From a virus (Duplodnaviria; Caudoviricetes), in IMG/VR virus record IMGVR_UViG_3300035562_000039, positions 1-52,980 of that record: 52,980 bases of DNA; one strand, written 5' to 3'. Shown one piece after another: positions 35,342 to 45,764 of the stretch (positions within the stretch are counted from its first letter, which is position 1; each line of letters starts with the position of its first letter). The translations under genes and the position numbers were made by a program. The notes beneath the pieces are model-generated. The model did not search any database, was not told the origin of the DNA, and saw only the letters and a list, made by a program, of their open reading frames with translations.

Positions 35342-36163
35342 ATGGCAGACCTTTCGGACGTAATGAGTTATCTCACAGGGACTATTGCCGCCGCCGTTTA
35401 TCCCAATGGAACATCCCAACCAAGCATTGCCGGTGTGAATATTCGAGTTTATCCTGGCTGGCCTCTACCGAACGAACTTGAAGCGCAGTTGAAGGCCGGG
35501 AATGTCGATATCTCTGTCTACCCGTTGCCAACTGAACGCAAAAAGCCAACTTCGCTCGGCAGGCCGTATTACATAATCGACCCCGGCACGCCGACTATAA
35601 CGGCTACCGTTTCAGGTCAGACAGTGACGTTTTCAGGGACAATAACTGTCCCGCAAAACCTGTACCTGCTCATTAATGGCGTCGGCTATCACCATCCAGT
35701 GCAGTCTACCGACACACTTACGAGTATCGCGACTGGATACGCTACAGCCATTTCCGGGGCGACAAGCGCAGGGCACGTTCTGACCGTTCCATCTGCAAGG
35801 GAAATCGTTGCAAGGGTTGGGGCGATCGGTTCTGCGGCAAGAGAGTTAAAGCGGCAGGAAAAAGAGTTCCAAATTTGTGTCTGGGCTCCCACTCCAGCGT
35901 TGAGAGATATGCTCGGCGGCGCAGTCGATATCCTGCTATCAGAAACCAGCGATTCAGTATTCACAGACCAATCTCATGGCATTGTGCGTTATTGCCGCAC
36001 TTACCAGACTGACGATAAGCAAAAGTTCAACACTCTCTACCGGCGTGATGTTGTTTACTCCGTCGAATACGCAACAACACAAATCATAAGCGCACCACAA
36101 GTCGTTGCGCCAATTCTCAACATCACCGACCAATCCGGTAACACACATACCATTCAGGAGTAA
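35342..36163 (+). CDS. Putative tail terminator / neck protein
   Basis: Position before the sheath gene. Confidence 0.5.
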   Translation: MADLSDVMSYLTGTIAAAVYPNGTSQPSIAGVNIRVYPGWPLPNELEAQLKAGNVDISVYPLPTERKKPTSLGRPYYIIDPGTPTITATVSGQTVTFSGTITVPQNLYLLINGVGYHHPVQSTDTLTSIATGYATAISGATSAGHVLTVPSAREIVARVGAIGSAARELKRQEKEFQICVWAPTPALRDMLGGAVDILLSETSDSVFTDQSHGIVRYCRTYQTDDKQKFNTLYRRDVVYSVEYATTQIISAPQVVAPILNITDQSGNTHTIQE

Positions 36164-36166
36164 AAC

Positions 36167-36319
36167 ATGGCTGATTCAGCGCCAGCAGCAATGAGCTATG
36201 TGCTCGTTGTTGTGCACCCATTCGCCGATTACAAACGCGGTGACGTTATTGATGATGCAAAAGTGATCGCCGCGCTAAGCGAAGAAAGCCTTTGCTATGT
36301 GATCAAACGCGCCAAGTAA
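36167..36319 (+). CDS. 50-aa hypothetical protein (not in track)
   Basis: AGGAG RBS; MADSAPAAMSYVLVVVHPF.DYKRGDVI; terminator-like hairpin follows. Confidence 0.6.
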   Translation: MADSAPAAMSYVLVVVHPFADYKRGDVIDDAKVIAALSEESLCYVIKRAK

Positions 36320-36383
36320 CAAAAACCCCACATCAAAATCCAAGCCGCCAATGAGCGGCTTTTTTCATTTTTGGAGATAGCCA

Positions 36384-37937
36384 ATGCCCATTTACTCGGC
36401 AGGCAGTTTAAATACAAGTGCGCTCAGTGCAGCGGATTTGTACGTGCAGATCGTCCCGCCAAAAACACGTTATATCAATGGCGTGGCAACTGACGGTTAT
36501 GGCGTTGTTGGCATTGGCTCATGGGGGCCGGTTAACAGTGCATACTTGATCGGCTCAGCATCAGACCAGGCTCAATATTTGGGTCAGGCGCAAGTCCGTA
36601 AATATGACCTGGCTACTGCGGTATCTGTAGCATTGCAGCTTGGCGCGGCGAATATCAATGCCGTCCGCGTGACTGATGGTACCGATGTTGCCGCCACTGT
36701 AACACTGATGGATATAGCATCATCACCAGCCATCGGTGTGACACTAACGGCGTTCTATACCGGTACGCTGGGCAACACCATCCAGGCCAAAATCACGGCT
36801 GGTACTGCGTTAAACACATTCAAGCTGACAATCAACTTCCCTGGTCTGTTTGCTGAAGTATTCGACAATATTGCAGGCTCCGGCGCGACATTCTGGGCGA
36901 ACCTGGTTAGCGCAGTGAACAACGGTCAAACAAGCGTGCGCGGGCCTTCTCAGCTCGTTGTCGCCACTGTTGGTGTTGGTACCGCAGCGCCTAACGTAAC
37001 GACGTCATATACCCTGGCTAGCGGTACTGATGGCGTCACTACAATCACCGACTCTGTGCTGGTCGGCACCGACGGCACAAGCACAACTCGCAAGGGCATG
37101 TACGCACTGCGCGGAACCAATTCTCAAGTGATGAACTTGGTTGACCTGACTGATTCCACTCAGTGGCCGACCATGGCGACGTTTGCAGATTCAGAAGGCT
37201 CATTTGCTGTTACGCAAGGGCCTGCCGGTGCGACTTACTCTACAGTCTCAACCTCGCTGAATACTGCGGGTGTAGATGACTGGCGCATTAAGGTCATGGT
37301 TGGCGACTGGGTTTATTGGAATGACACTGTAAATGGTGTTCAGCGCATGCTGGCTCCGTCTACATTCGAAGCCGCGAACATTGCTTCCCGTGCTCCGCAC
37401 ATTTCCACTCTGAACAAATCAATCAGCAATGCGATCGCCACTCAGCGTCAACTGGCTAATCAGCCATACAGTATTGCTGAGATTGGTGCGTTGAGTTCTG
37501 CGCGCTTGGATGTCATCACGAACCCATGCCCGGGTGGCAACTACTTCGGCTGTCGCTCTGGTCGCAACGCAAGCTCAAATCAGACGCAGAACGACGATAC
37601 CTACACTCGTATGACCAACTATATCTCGCTGACCATCGCTGGCGCATTTGGCTATGTAGTAGGGCAGAACCAAACCGTCGACTTACGCCGCGAGACCAAG
37701 AGCACACTCGAAGCATTCCTATCCGTCCTTCAAGGTCAGGGCATGATCGGTGACGTGAATGGAGGCCCGGCGTTCAGCGTGCAGATTAACGCCGCAAACA
37801 ACCCGGATTCACGCGTTGCTCTCGGTTATATGCAAGCTGACATCCAAGTCAAATACCTGTCAGTCGTGCGCTTCTTCCTCGTAAACCTCGAAGGTGGCAG
37901 CTCTGTTACCGTCACGGTATCGAATTCCCCGGCCTAA
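36384..37937 (+). CDS. Contractile tail sheath
   Basis: VG.GSWGPVN, AVRVTDG, C-terminal FL..L..QG.I...D..V; 517 aa. Confidence 0.85.
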   Translation: MPIYSAGSLNTSALSAADLYVQIVPPKTRYINGVATDGYGVVGIGSWGPVNSAYLIGSASDQAQYLGQAQVRKYDLATAVSVALQLGAANINAVRVTDGTDVAATVTLMDIASSPAIGVTLTAFYTGTLGNTIQAKITAGTALNTFKLTINFPGLFAEVFDNIAGSGATFWANLVSAVNNGQTSVRGPSQLVVATVGVGTAAPNVTTSYTLASGTDGVTTITDSVLVGTDGTSTTRKGMYALRGTNSQVMNLVDLTDSTQWPTMATFADSEGSFAVTQGPAGATYSTVSTSLNTAGVDDWRIKVMVGDWVYWNDTVNGVQRMLAPSTFEAANIASRAPHISTLNKSISNAIATQRQLANQPYSIAEIGALSSARLDVITNPCPGGNYFGCRSGRNASSNQTQNDDTYTRMTNYISLTIAGAFGYVVGQNQTVDLRRETKSTLEAFLSVLQGQGMIGDVNGGPAFSVQINAANNPDSRVALGYMQADIQVKYLSVVRFFLVNLEGGSSVTVTVSNSPA

Positions 37938-37981
37938 TTTGAACCCGCTACGGCGGGTTTTTTCATATCTGGAGCACTAAC

Positions 37982-38413
37982 ATGCCGCAACAAGGGTACA
38001 CATTAGGTCGTGATATCGCCGCTGACCTGAATACATCATTTGGCGTCCTGCGCCTTAGCAAGGTGATCAGCTTTGATGCCAAACCAAAAGTTAACAGCCT
38101 CGAAGTTACGCCATTAAACGGCCAGACCGACGAGCTGCTCATTCCTAAAAACTGGGGCGGCACAATTGAGGTTGAGCGTCAGGATGACACGCTCGACGCA
38201 TATCAGGCCAACTTCGAAGACGCTTATTACAACGGCGTTCCATTGGGTACCGGCACAATCACTGAAACCATCACTGAATCCAACGGTGGCGTCTCAGTGT
38301 GGCGTTATCAAAACGTCAACTTCCACGTTTCAGACCCAGGCAAAAAAGAAGGCGATAAGACAGTTCGCCAAACGTTGGCCTGGACCGCACGCCGTCGTAT
38401 TCAAGTTGGTTAA
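37982..38413 (+). CDS. Tail tube protein
   Basis: 143 aa directly after the sheath gene. Confidence 0.75.
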   Translation: MPQQGYTLGRDIAADLNTSFGVLRLSKVISFDAKPKVNSLEVTPLNGQTDELLIPKNWGGTIEVERQDDTLDAYQANFEDAYYNGVPLGTGTITETITESNGGVSVWRYQNVNFHVSDPGKKEGDKTVRQTLAWTARRRIQVG

Positions 38414-38447
38414 TAACTTATTAAGTTAATAAAAATAGGGTCTCATA

Positions 38448-38831
38448 ATGGCAAAGCTAACCGTACATGATTCAAATGAAAAAGAGCCACCAAAGCAAGT
38501 AAAGGCAGAAAAGAAGACGATCACCGACTCTAGGGGTCGCGTGATGACGCTGAGAAAGATCTCTCCTTTATGGCAAAGCCGTATTTATCGCGGCTTAGGG
38601 GCTGAATCATCTAACGAAAGTTATATGAGTATGTTCGTCCTTCCAATGGCAATGATCGCATCTATCGATGATGAAGAGTATCAAGTGCCAACAAACGTTT
38701 CTCAAGTGGAAGCGATGCTAACCATCCTTGGTGACGAAGGGATTGCGGCAATTGTTGAGCATTTCAATGCTGTGGCAGAGGAAGGAAAAAAACAAGCCAA
38801 TGATGGCGAGGTAGCTGCAATAAAAAACTAG
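38448..38831 (+). CDS. Tail assembly chaperone (gpG-like)
   Basis: Position; ends A AAA AAC TAG. Confidence 0.75.
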   Translation: MAKLTVHDSNEKEPPKQVKAEKKTITDSRGRVMTLRKISPLWQSRIYRGLGAESSNESYMSMFVLPMAMIASIDDEEYQVPTNVSQVEAMLTILGDEGIAAIVEHFNAVAEEGKKQANDGEVAAIKN

Positions 38832-39022
38832 GGCAAAACCACGACTTTAGGACGGCGTGTTGGCTGTTAAAAGGCGGGGTTCCCTTTAGTGTGGCCTTTG
38901 ATGATGAGATTACAGAATTGCTTGAATATGAAAAAACTGCAATGTCTATCATTTTCTCTGAATTCGAAGGCAATAAATTTAACTGGCATACGATGCAGTT
39001 CGAATCGCCTAAGGAAACATAA
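38448..39022 (+). CDS. -1 frameshift extension (gpGT-like)
   Basis: Heptamer AAAAAAC at 38822-38828; the -1 frame is open to TAA 39020-39022. Confidence 0.75.
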
Positions 39023-39483
39023 TGGAATTTAAAAACTTAGGTGATATGGCCTTGTTTTTTGCTGCCCTACCGGCGATAGAAGAAAAGGCCATGAATGCAG
39101 CATTAGAAGTGGTTGCAGCGAAGATAGAAGAAACAGCCAAAGAAGAAATAGGCCGATACCAGGAAGCTATCGGCCCATTTCCTGCCTGGGCACAGTTAGC
39201 TAGTAGTACAGAAAGTCAAAAGACTTCACATGGGTATCCAGCTAATTCACCACTTTTGGCAAGTGGTGATATGCGCGACTTTATCACGCATGAAGTCGAT
39301 GGTAATGAGGCCATCATTGGATCGACGGACCCGGTAATGGCATTTCATGAGAAAGGAACCATGAAAATGCCACCTCGACCAGTAATGGGTCCAGCGCTTG
39401 AGCACAACAGAGAATTTATTAAACGCATTATAGGGCGCGTCGCCTCTGAGACATTTACTCTCGGAGTGTCATCAAATTATTAA
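39022..39483 (+). CDS. Virion morphogenesis protein (HK97 gp10 / Mu gpG-like)
   Basis: W..LA.ST...K, PLL.SG.MR, HE.GT.KMPPRP.MGPA. Confidence 0.8.
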   Translation: MEFKNLGDMALFFAALPAIEEKAMNAALEVVAAKIEETAKEEIGRYQEAIGPFPAWAQLASSTESQKTSHGYPANSPLLASGDMRDFITHEVDGNEAIIGSTDPVMAFHEKGTMKMPPRPVMGPALEHNREFIKRIIGRVASETFTLGVSSNY

Positions 39484-39529
39484 GATTTCCCATTATTCGA
39501 AGAACAATTCTCCAGAAGCCAGGTAAATC

Positions 39530-40078
39530 ATGGTCAATAACGAGCACGAAAAGAAAGATGCAATAACCGAAGACGTGTTTTACCCAGACCATTCCCCACG
39601 CAAAGAATCACTAACTTTCCGTCAGACCAAATCAAAAGGCCACAAAGCAGGGCTGCCATGTGCGATCAGCGGCATGAAGACGGGCGTCGAGTATCACCAT
39701 CTATTTTGCGAATGGGCGTTTACCGATGCTGTGGATTGGGCTGTGGTGAAGGGCGTAGCAACCGGCGCGATTACTGAGCTGCCTGTTCTTGATATGCAGA
39801 ATGACTTACCAGCGCCGACAGGTGAAACCTACAAGGCTGAACATTCGCTTCTGTGGGCGATCTGCAAGCTAGCAGAATATCGCGGGTTCGATTGGGCGAA
39901 ATTCAACCCACTGATGCCTGAAACCTTCATTGACAGTATGGCTAACATGCTTGTGCTTCACGAAAAATTCCATCGGCACAAAGACCATGGCATTCACGCA
40001 ATGACATTGCCAGAGTGGATTTTCCAAGCATATCCGCGCACGTCAGGGTTTGTCTTCACCCCAGATGAAACCAAATGA
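39530..40078 (+). CDS. Degenerate HNH-like protein
   Basis: PCAISG....EYHH..EW...NMLVL....HR....GIH. Confidence 0.5.
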   Translation: MVNNEHEKKDAITEDVFYPDHSPRKESLTFRQTKSKGHKAGLPCAISGMKTGVEYHHLFCEWAFTDAVDWAVVKGVATGAITELPVLDMQNDLPAPTGETYKAEHSLLWAICKLAEYRGFDWAKFNPLMPETFIDSMANMLVLHEKFHRHKDHGIHAMTLPEWIFQAYPRTSGFVFTPDETK

Positions 40079-40168
40079 TAGCTGAGTTGAAAAAAGCATC
40101 ATAGGTGTTAGGATTCACATATCCCTCACCAACATGGTTCAGGCGCAGGTTAGGCCAGAAATCAATTA

Positions 40169-40822
40169 ATGAAAAAAGAAGATATTAAGCCAGCAATTAT
40201 AACAATTGTTTTAATTTTCATCTGCATAGTTGCATATACAAATACAGAGAACCCTCCAAAGGAAGCGGAAACTGTAAAGGTTGCCAATAGTCAGACAGAT
40301 AATAAGACCGATGAGAATAAAAAAGAGGTGGCAGCCACCCCAAGCACGCAATCTGATGTAACGCCAGATCCGGAAAGCGCCCCAAGCTTTAGTGATACGT
40401 ACGCGCAAGAACATGGAACGTGCACTGAAGAATCCTGCCCGGTTGGGACGTTTGTAACTGTGTCTGCGAATGATGATGATCAGTTTTTTGCATGTGACAC
40501 ACAAGACAAATCAATATATGCGAACACCGTGGCTGGGATGGTTAATCTCCAGTATCGCCTTTCAGGTAAGATGCCTAACATATCCCCAACTACAGGCGAG
40601 CCAGAGTACGAAGGCAAGAGTAAAGAGCTCTTGGATTCTCTCCGACAGAAGGCTGGGGTATCAACGTTTGATGAATTAGAACCAAGCTGCCTGGATGAAA
40701 CCAAGCTGAAAAGCAAAAAATTCAGAGTAATGAATATAAAAAGCAACTCTGACTATGTTTGGATTTCATCAAAAACACTCAGCATCTGGATACCAAGAAC
40801 AGTTATCAAGCCAGCGAGTTAA
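40169..40822 (+). CDS. Membrane-anchored exported protein (moron)
   Basis: N-terminal TM and low-complexity linker; own promoter-like TTGAAA-16-TAGGAT (40087-40114); terminator at 40858-40881. Confidence 0.7.
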   Translation: MKKEDIKPAIITIVLIFICIVAYTNTENPPKEAETVKVANSQTDNKTDENKKEVAATPSTQSDVTPDPESAPSFSDTYAQEHGTCTEESCPVGTFVTVSANDDDQFFACDTQDKSIYANTVAGMVNLQYRLSGKMPNISPTTGEPEYEGKSKELLDSLRQKAGVSTFDELEPSCLDETKLKSKKFRVMNIKSNSDYVWISSKTLSIWIPRTVIKPAS

Positions 40823-40895
40823 TATATAAACGCTCCAGCGCCACGCATTCACATCCAAAGCCACCTATATGGTGGCTTTTTATTTGGACTTTATA

Positions 40896-43031
40896 ATGAG
40901 CCTAGACGCCTATAGTGTTGCCATAAGAATTAGCCTTACCAACATGGTTAGCCAGGGTCTGCTCGCCATGTCCAAGGATCTGCTTGGCGTAGAGCGGCAG
41001 GTAGTTAACTTACAAGATAAGTTTAGCGCACTTAAGACAATCGCCGCAGGTTGGGGTGTGTCACATATTGGCAACGGTATGCTCTCCGCCATGGAAAAAA
41101 GCGTCGATGCCAGCAAAGAATACACCCGGCAACTTTCGTTAATGCGGGCTGCTGGGATGTCAAATCTTGAAGTGGCTAATGCAACCGGATCGGCATGGAA
41201 GACCAGCCGAGACGTAATAACATCAACTGCAGCTCAAAACCTTGAGTCAATAAGGGAGTTGAGATCGGCTTTCGGCCCCGACGCTGAGCATATGAAAGAG
41301 GTATATGCTGTACTGCCCATCGCAATGAGAACCAGAGCCATACTTGAGTCTCTAACAGGCAAAGAGCAGGGTAATGTTGGTTTCGACATGGCTAAGGCAG
41401 TCGAATTAAAAACGCCCGGCGTGATGACTGTAGAAGCCATGCAGAGAAACATGGAGTTAATGTCAAAAACATTAATGGCAATGGGCGGCACGCTCAACGC
41501 TAATGACTTCCATATGGCAATTAAACAATCCAAGACTGCAGCGTTTGGCGCATCAGATGATTTCGTTTACAACTACCTGCCTACATTAATGCAAGAAGTA
41601 AAATCAAAAGTCGGCGGGGCGCAAAGCGCAGGTACTGCCTGGATGACTGCGTATAGGGCGGTAATTCAGGGGATCATCAAAAAGTCATCAATCCCAGTAT
41701 GGGAATCACTCGGATTGATAAGTGGGAATGACGTAGTTAAAAACAGCACTGGTGCGATGCAATTAAAGCCGGGCGCGGTTAAAGGTGCGCAACTATTCCA
41801 GGAGAACCCATATGTATGGGCTCAGACCGTGCTTGGCCCGGCTGTTGAGTCTTATGGGAAAGCCCACAATCTTAATCGCGAGCAGACTCTCTCCGCCATG
41901 TTTGGTGACCGAAATGCCCAATGGTTCTTTAATACCTTATTGGCGAAGGCACCGCAATTTGAACGCGACAAAAAATTAGTAAATTCAACAAATGATAGCT
42001 TTACCGCATATCAAGAATTGTTAAAAACAAACCCACAAATCGCTGATATGGCGATGAGGGCGCAATGGAGCAACATTCAAGCTCAGATTGGCTTCCAGAT
42101 CTTGCCTAAATTAATCCCCGTCATGATCAAATTTGCAAATGCACTTTCTTCGATTTCTGATTGGGCAGATAAAAATCCGGGTACTTTCAAAGACGTTGTC
42201 CTTGGGTTCACAGGAATTGGCGTGGCATTAAGCGTCATTGGTAAGATAATGATGACTGCCGGATTGATAAAATTTCTTGGCCTTGGGGAAATGCTTGGAA
42301 GTGTTGTGGCTATGCTCGGAGGCCCGGTGGTATGGACATTTATCGCTGTGGCGGCGGCTGGGGCCTTAATTTATAAAAACTGGGACAAGATTGGACCAAT
42401 CCTTAAAAACATGTGGTCTGATTTTAAGGGAATAATGTCAGACATTTGGGGAAGGGTAAAGCAGGTTGGTGCATACATAAAAAACTGGAAACTTTGGGAT
42501 TACTTCATACCTGCATTCCGAGCTTTTGAGCAAAAATTTGTAGCTGGCTGGAATGCATTATTTGATTGGATAGTATCTATCCTGAACAAACTTCCTGGGA
42601 TAAGCATCCTAAATACCGGGCAGTCACTTGCAAAAGGAAAGTCCGATCAGCTTTTGACAGATATTGCATCTATCACCGGTGGCAAGGGCGTAAACCCATC
42701 GCCAGGCATGATCCCCGGAACCATACCACCAACGGCACAGCAACAAGCCTTAATCGATAACTACAAAAATCAGGGTAAGAGTACAGAATCTTATTCTCAA
42801 CAGTATGTTAAAGGCATGCAAGGGTCGACATATCAAGCCCCAGTCCCTGGGAAACCGTCCCAGCCGGTAGTATTAACCGTCAATAGCATTCTTGATGGTA
42901 AAAAGGTTGGCGAAGGCACCATGAAATACTGGATTAAGGAGCTGACAAAGCAACCATCCAATACTAGTGGATTTGATAGCAATATGCTCATGCTGTCACC
43001 GGGCGCTACAAGCAACCAATTCCCGAGGTAA
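40896..43031 (+). CDS. Tape measure protein
   Basis: Long helical ORF with hydrophobic and W-periodic segments (IYKNWDKIG); start set at MSLDAY. Confidence 0.85.
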   Translation: MSLDAYSVAIRISLTNMVSQGLLAMSKDLLGVERQVVNLQDKFSALKTIAAGWGVSHIGNGMLSAMEKSVDASKEYTRQLSLMRAAGMSNLEVANATGSAWKTSRDVITSTAAQNLESIRELRSAFGPDAEHMKEVYAVLPIAMRTRAILESLTGKEQGNVGFDMAKAVELKTPGVMTVEAMQRNMELMSKTLMAMGGTLNANDFHMAIKQSKTAAFGASDDFVYNYLPTLMQEVKSKVGGAQSAGTAWMTAYRAVIQGIIKKSSIPVWESLGLISGNDVVKNSTGAMQLKPGAVKGAQLFQENPYVWAQTVLGPAVESYGKAHNLNREQTLSAMFGDRNAQWFFNTLLAKAPQFERDKKLVNSTNDSFTAYQELLKTNPQIADMAMRAQWSNIQAQIGFQILPKLIPVMIKFANALSSISDWADKNPGTFKDVVLGFTGIGVALSVIGKIMMTAGLIKFLGLGEMLGSVVAMLGGPVVWTFIAVAAAGALIYKNWDKIGPILKNMWSDFKGIMSDIWGRVKQVGAYIKNWKLWDYFIPAFRAFEQKFVAGWNALFDWIVSILNKLPGISILNTGQSLAKGKSDQLLTDIASITGGKGVNPSPGMIPGTIPPTAQQQALIDNYKNQGKSTESYSQQYVKGMQGSTYQAPVPGKPSQPVVLTVNSILDGKKVGEGTMKYWIKELTKQPSNTSGFDSNMLMLSPGATSNQFPR

Positions 43032-43034
43032 TCC

Positions 43035-44051
43035 ATGGCTTTTCTCAGCTTTCTAAACAGCTTTGCGCAAGGCATGGACCCGTTTTCGACTAGATTAATA
43101 TTGGGTGACTTTGAGTTTCTGGACTTTGAAGTCCCAGAACGGATCGCCATTCCAGGCAAACAGAAGACGGTCATCCATCAAATGATAGGCGGCCGTCGCA
43201 CTGTTGACGTTCTGGGTGTTGAGTATGACGCGATCACATGGACGGGTATCTTTACCGGGCCAGAGACAGAAAGCCGTGTGCAGGCCTTAGAGCGATTGCG
43301 AGACGCAGGGCAACAGATTGCGTTGACGCTTGACCAGTACAGCTTCACGGTCGTTATAACCAACTTCACGCCGGTATATGAGTTCATCTACCGCAGGCCA
43401 TATTCGATAGAAGTGGCTGTGGTGTCTCGCGATGACACCCCAAATTCGATAGATGCACTTACCGGCACGCTAGATGCTTTGGTAAACAGTGACGTTGGGA
43501 CTGCTCTTGGGTTATCAAGCGTTATCAATGTGTCGGATGTTACAAGCGCTGTAAACACGGTGCAAAGTGCAGTAAAGCAGGTGACTGATTTTGCTCACGC
43601 GACTGTTGATACCATTCAAACCGTGGTCCGTCCCATCATCGCAGCTAGAAACGTCATTCACTCAACAATTCTGACCGTAGAGTCGGCGGCGAATCAGATT
43701 ACCACGCTGGGTGGCATTATCCCTGGCAATCCTGTATCGACAACAATCAATAACGTGTTGGCACAAGTGGACCAGTCCACAAAATTACCGGCGCTTTATC
43801 AGTTGAACAATGTGCTGAGTCGGTTAAATAAAAATGTGCAATCGGGACAGACTGCGGACGGTGTAAGGACGATCACAATTTCTGGCGGCAACTTATATCA
43901 GGTTTCATCCGACCAGTATGGCGACCCATCCCTATGGGAAAGCATTGCTTCAGCTAACGGGCTATCCGATCCACAGCTGACAGGCATCAATACGCTGACT
44001 ATCCCGTCGAATCCAGCCACAGCCTCAACGAGCACAACAGCGAGTCAGTGA
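43035..44051 (+). CDS. Baseplate/tube-initiator protein with C-terminal LysM-like domain
   Basis: GGNLYQVS..QYGD..LW..IA.ANGL.DP. Confidence 0.7.
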   Translation: MAFLSFLNSFAQGMDPFSTRLILGDFEFLDFEVPERIAIPGKQKTVIHQMIGGRRTVDVLGVEYDAITWTGIFTGPETESRVQALERLRDAGQQIALTLDQYSFTVVITNFTPVYEFIYRRPYSIEVAVVSRDDTPNSIDALTGTLDALVNSDVGTALGLSSVINVSDVTSAVNTVQSAVKQVTDFAHATVDTIQTVVRPIIAARNVIHSTILTVESAANQITTLGGIIPGNPVSTTINNVLAQVDQSTKLPALYQLNNVLSRLNKNVQSGQTADGVRTITISGGNLYQVSSDQYGDPSLWESIASANGLSDPQLTGINTLTIPSNPATASTSTTASQ

Positions 44052-45178
44052 TGGACGTAAACAATCCGATTATCACACCTAGCGCCCGGCATATAACCGG
44101 GCGTTGTCTTTTAAATGGAACTGAGGTTCCTTTTGTGTCGTTTGATGTTGATAGCAACTCCTTTCGTGGGGCATCAACATTTAACTTAACTTTGGCGGTT
44201 TCTGCGCTACCAAAAGGCATGGGGTTACTCACTTGGTGGGCGAACCAAACAACGATAACCGTTCAGATTTTCGCAACCATTACGACGATCGCCGGTAAGG
44301 ATGAGAAGCAGCTCATTGTTGGGAACATTGATAACTGGCACTTTTCCCCAGCTAAATTCGAAATCACTGCTGACGGCCGTGATTTTGTTGGGCAATTGAT
44401 AGACGCCAAGTCAGCAGGTGAAAGCTTTAAAAACTACACAAGCAGTGAAATTGCATCGATGCTCGCAACCCGTCATGGGCTGACCCCAGTTGTTACGGCG
44501 ACAAAGGGATTGTATGGTGAGTTTTATCAGATTGATTCAGCTCACCTTACTGGCGAACAAAGCGAATGGGACTTGCTAACAACGCTTGCAGCCATAGAGG
44601 GTTATCAGGTTTATGTTGATGGTTACAATCTGCACTTCCAACCAGCGGTTGATCCTGCAAAAACGCCAAATTACGTAGTCAGGTATCAACCCCCTGGGTT
44701 GTTGGCGTATCCGCAAGCGAACGTATCAGATGACCTGGATTTTAACCGGGCCCTAACCATCTCAAAGGGCGTGACAGTGGAAGTCCTCAGTTGGAACTCC
44801 AAGCGGAAAAACAAACAATTTGTCGCTTCCTATCCTAAAGCTGCTAAATCAGTAACGCCGGGGAATGCAGTCGCAAAAACCCAGGTTTACCGCGTTGTAC
44901 GAAACGGCCTTGATCCGGGCGCTGCCGCAACCTTGGCGCAGTCGATTTATAACAGCATTGTCCAGCATGAGATGAAAGTCTCCGGTTCTACTGCTGGGGA
45001 TAATCTTCTTACCCCGCAAACATTACTGCGCATTGAAGGCACTCAAAGCCCATTCGACCAGGTTTATTACTGCGACAGCGTCCGGCGCTCAATGAGTTGG
45101 GACGGTGGTTATTCAATGTCGTTTACTGCGAAGAATCATAGCCCAGCATTAGAGGTAATCGATGAGACAACTTCTTAA
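44051..45178 (+). CDS. Baseplate hub (late control D-like)
   Basis: GRD..G.LID, Q.EWDLL..LA; position. Confidence 0.75.
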   Translation: MDVNNPIITPSARHITGRCLLNGTEVPFVSFDVDSNSFRGASTFNLTLAVSALPKGMGLLTWWANQTTITVQIFATITTIAGKDEKQLIVGNIDNWHFSPAKFEITADGRDFVGQLIDAKSAGESFKNYTSSEIASMLATRHGLTPVVTATKGLYGEFYQIDSAHLTGEQSEWDLLTTLAAIEGYQVYVDGYNLHFQPAVDPAKTPNYVVRYQPPGLLAYPQANVSDDLDFNRALTISKGVTVEVLSWNSKRKNKQFVASYPKAAKSVTPGNAVAKTQVYRVVRNGLDPGAAATLAQSIYNSIVQHEMKVSGSTAGDNLLTPQTLLRIEGTQSPFDQVYYCDSVRRSMSWDGGYSMSFTAKNHSPALEVIDETTS

Positions 45179-45755
45179 TGTCATGGCAAATAGAGCTTCA
45201 CAGACTCAGGCTGGATTTACGGGAACGCGGCAGGGGATCATCACTGGATATGATGCAGTGGAATACTGCATTAAAGCCACATTGCAACCTACCGGTGAAG
45301 AAACCGGCTGGATACCGCTTGCAACGCAATGGGCAGGTAATGGGTGGGGATTGTGCGCGGGGCCAATGGTTGGAGCAGAGGTTGAGATTAACTTTGACTC
45401 CGGGCTTATCGGTGCCGGAATGGCGTCCGGGCAGTTCTACAACAATGAAGATAGATGTCCCGGACCGCCTTCTGGGGAGCTATGGGTAGTCCATCAATCT
45501 GGTTCAATGTTGAAATTTGTCAATGACGGAACCGTCCTCATAAAGTCTGCAACGGGCGTCACATATGATGCGCCATATCATCATTTTACGGGCGGTGATG
45601 TGACCATGGATGAGAATTTAACAGTGGTCAAGGATATTAAAGACCTGAACGGCTCTCACGGGACAGTGAATAACATCCGCGTTGTTTATAACGGTCATAC
45701 CCATCACGAAAACGGCGCAGGAAGCGACACTAATATCCCGAACCAACCCCTCTAG
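45162..45755 (+). CDS. Baseplate spike (gpV-like)
   Basis: ETGWIP OB-fold segment and C-terminal HTH (HxH) motif. Confidence 0.85.
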   Translation: MRQLLNVMANRASQTQAGFTGTRQGIITGYDAVEYCIKATLQPTGEETGWIPLATQWAGNGWGLCAGPMVGAEVEINFDSGLIGAGMASGQFYNNEDRCPGPPSGELWVVHQSGSMLKFVNDGTVLIKSATGVTYDAPYHHFTGGDVTMDENLTVVKDIKDLNGSHGTVNNIRVVYNGHTHHENGAGSDTNIPNQPL

Positions 45756-45764
45756 TGGTGATTT

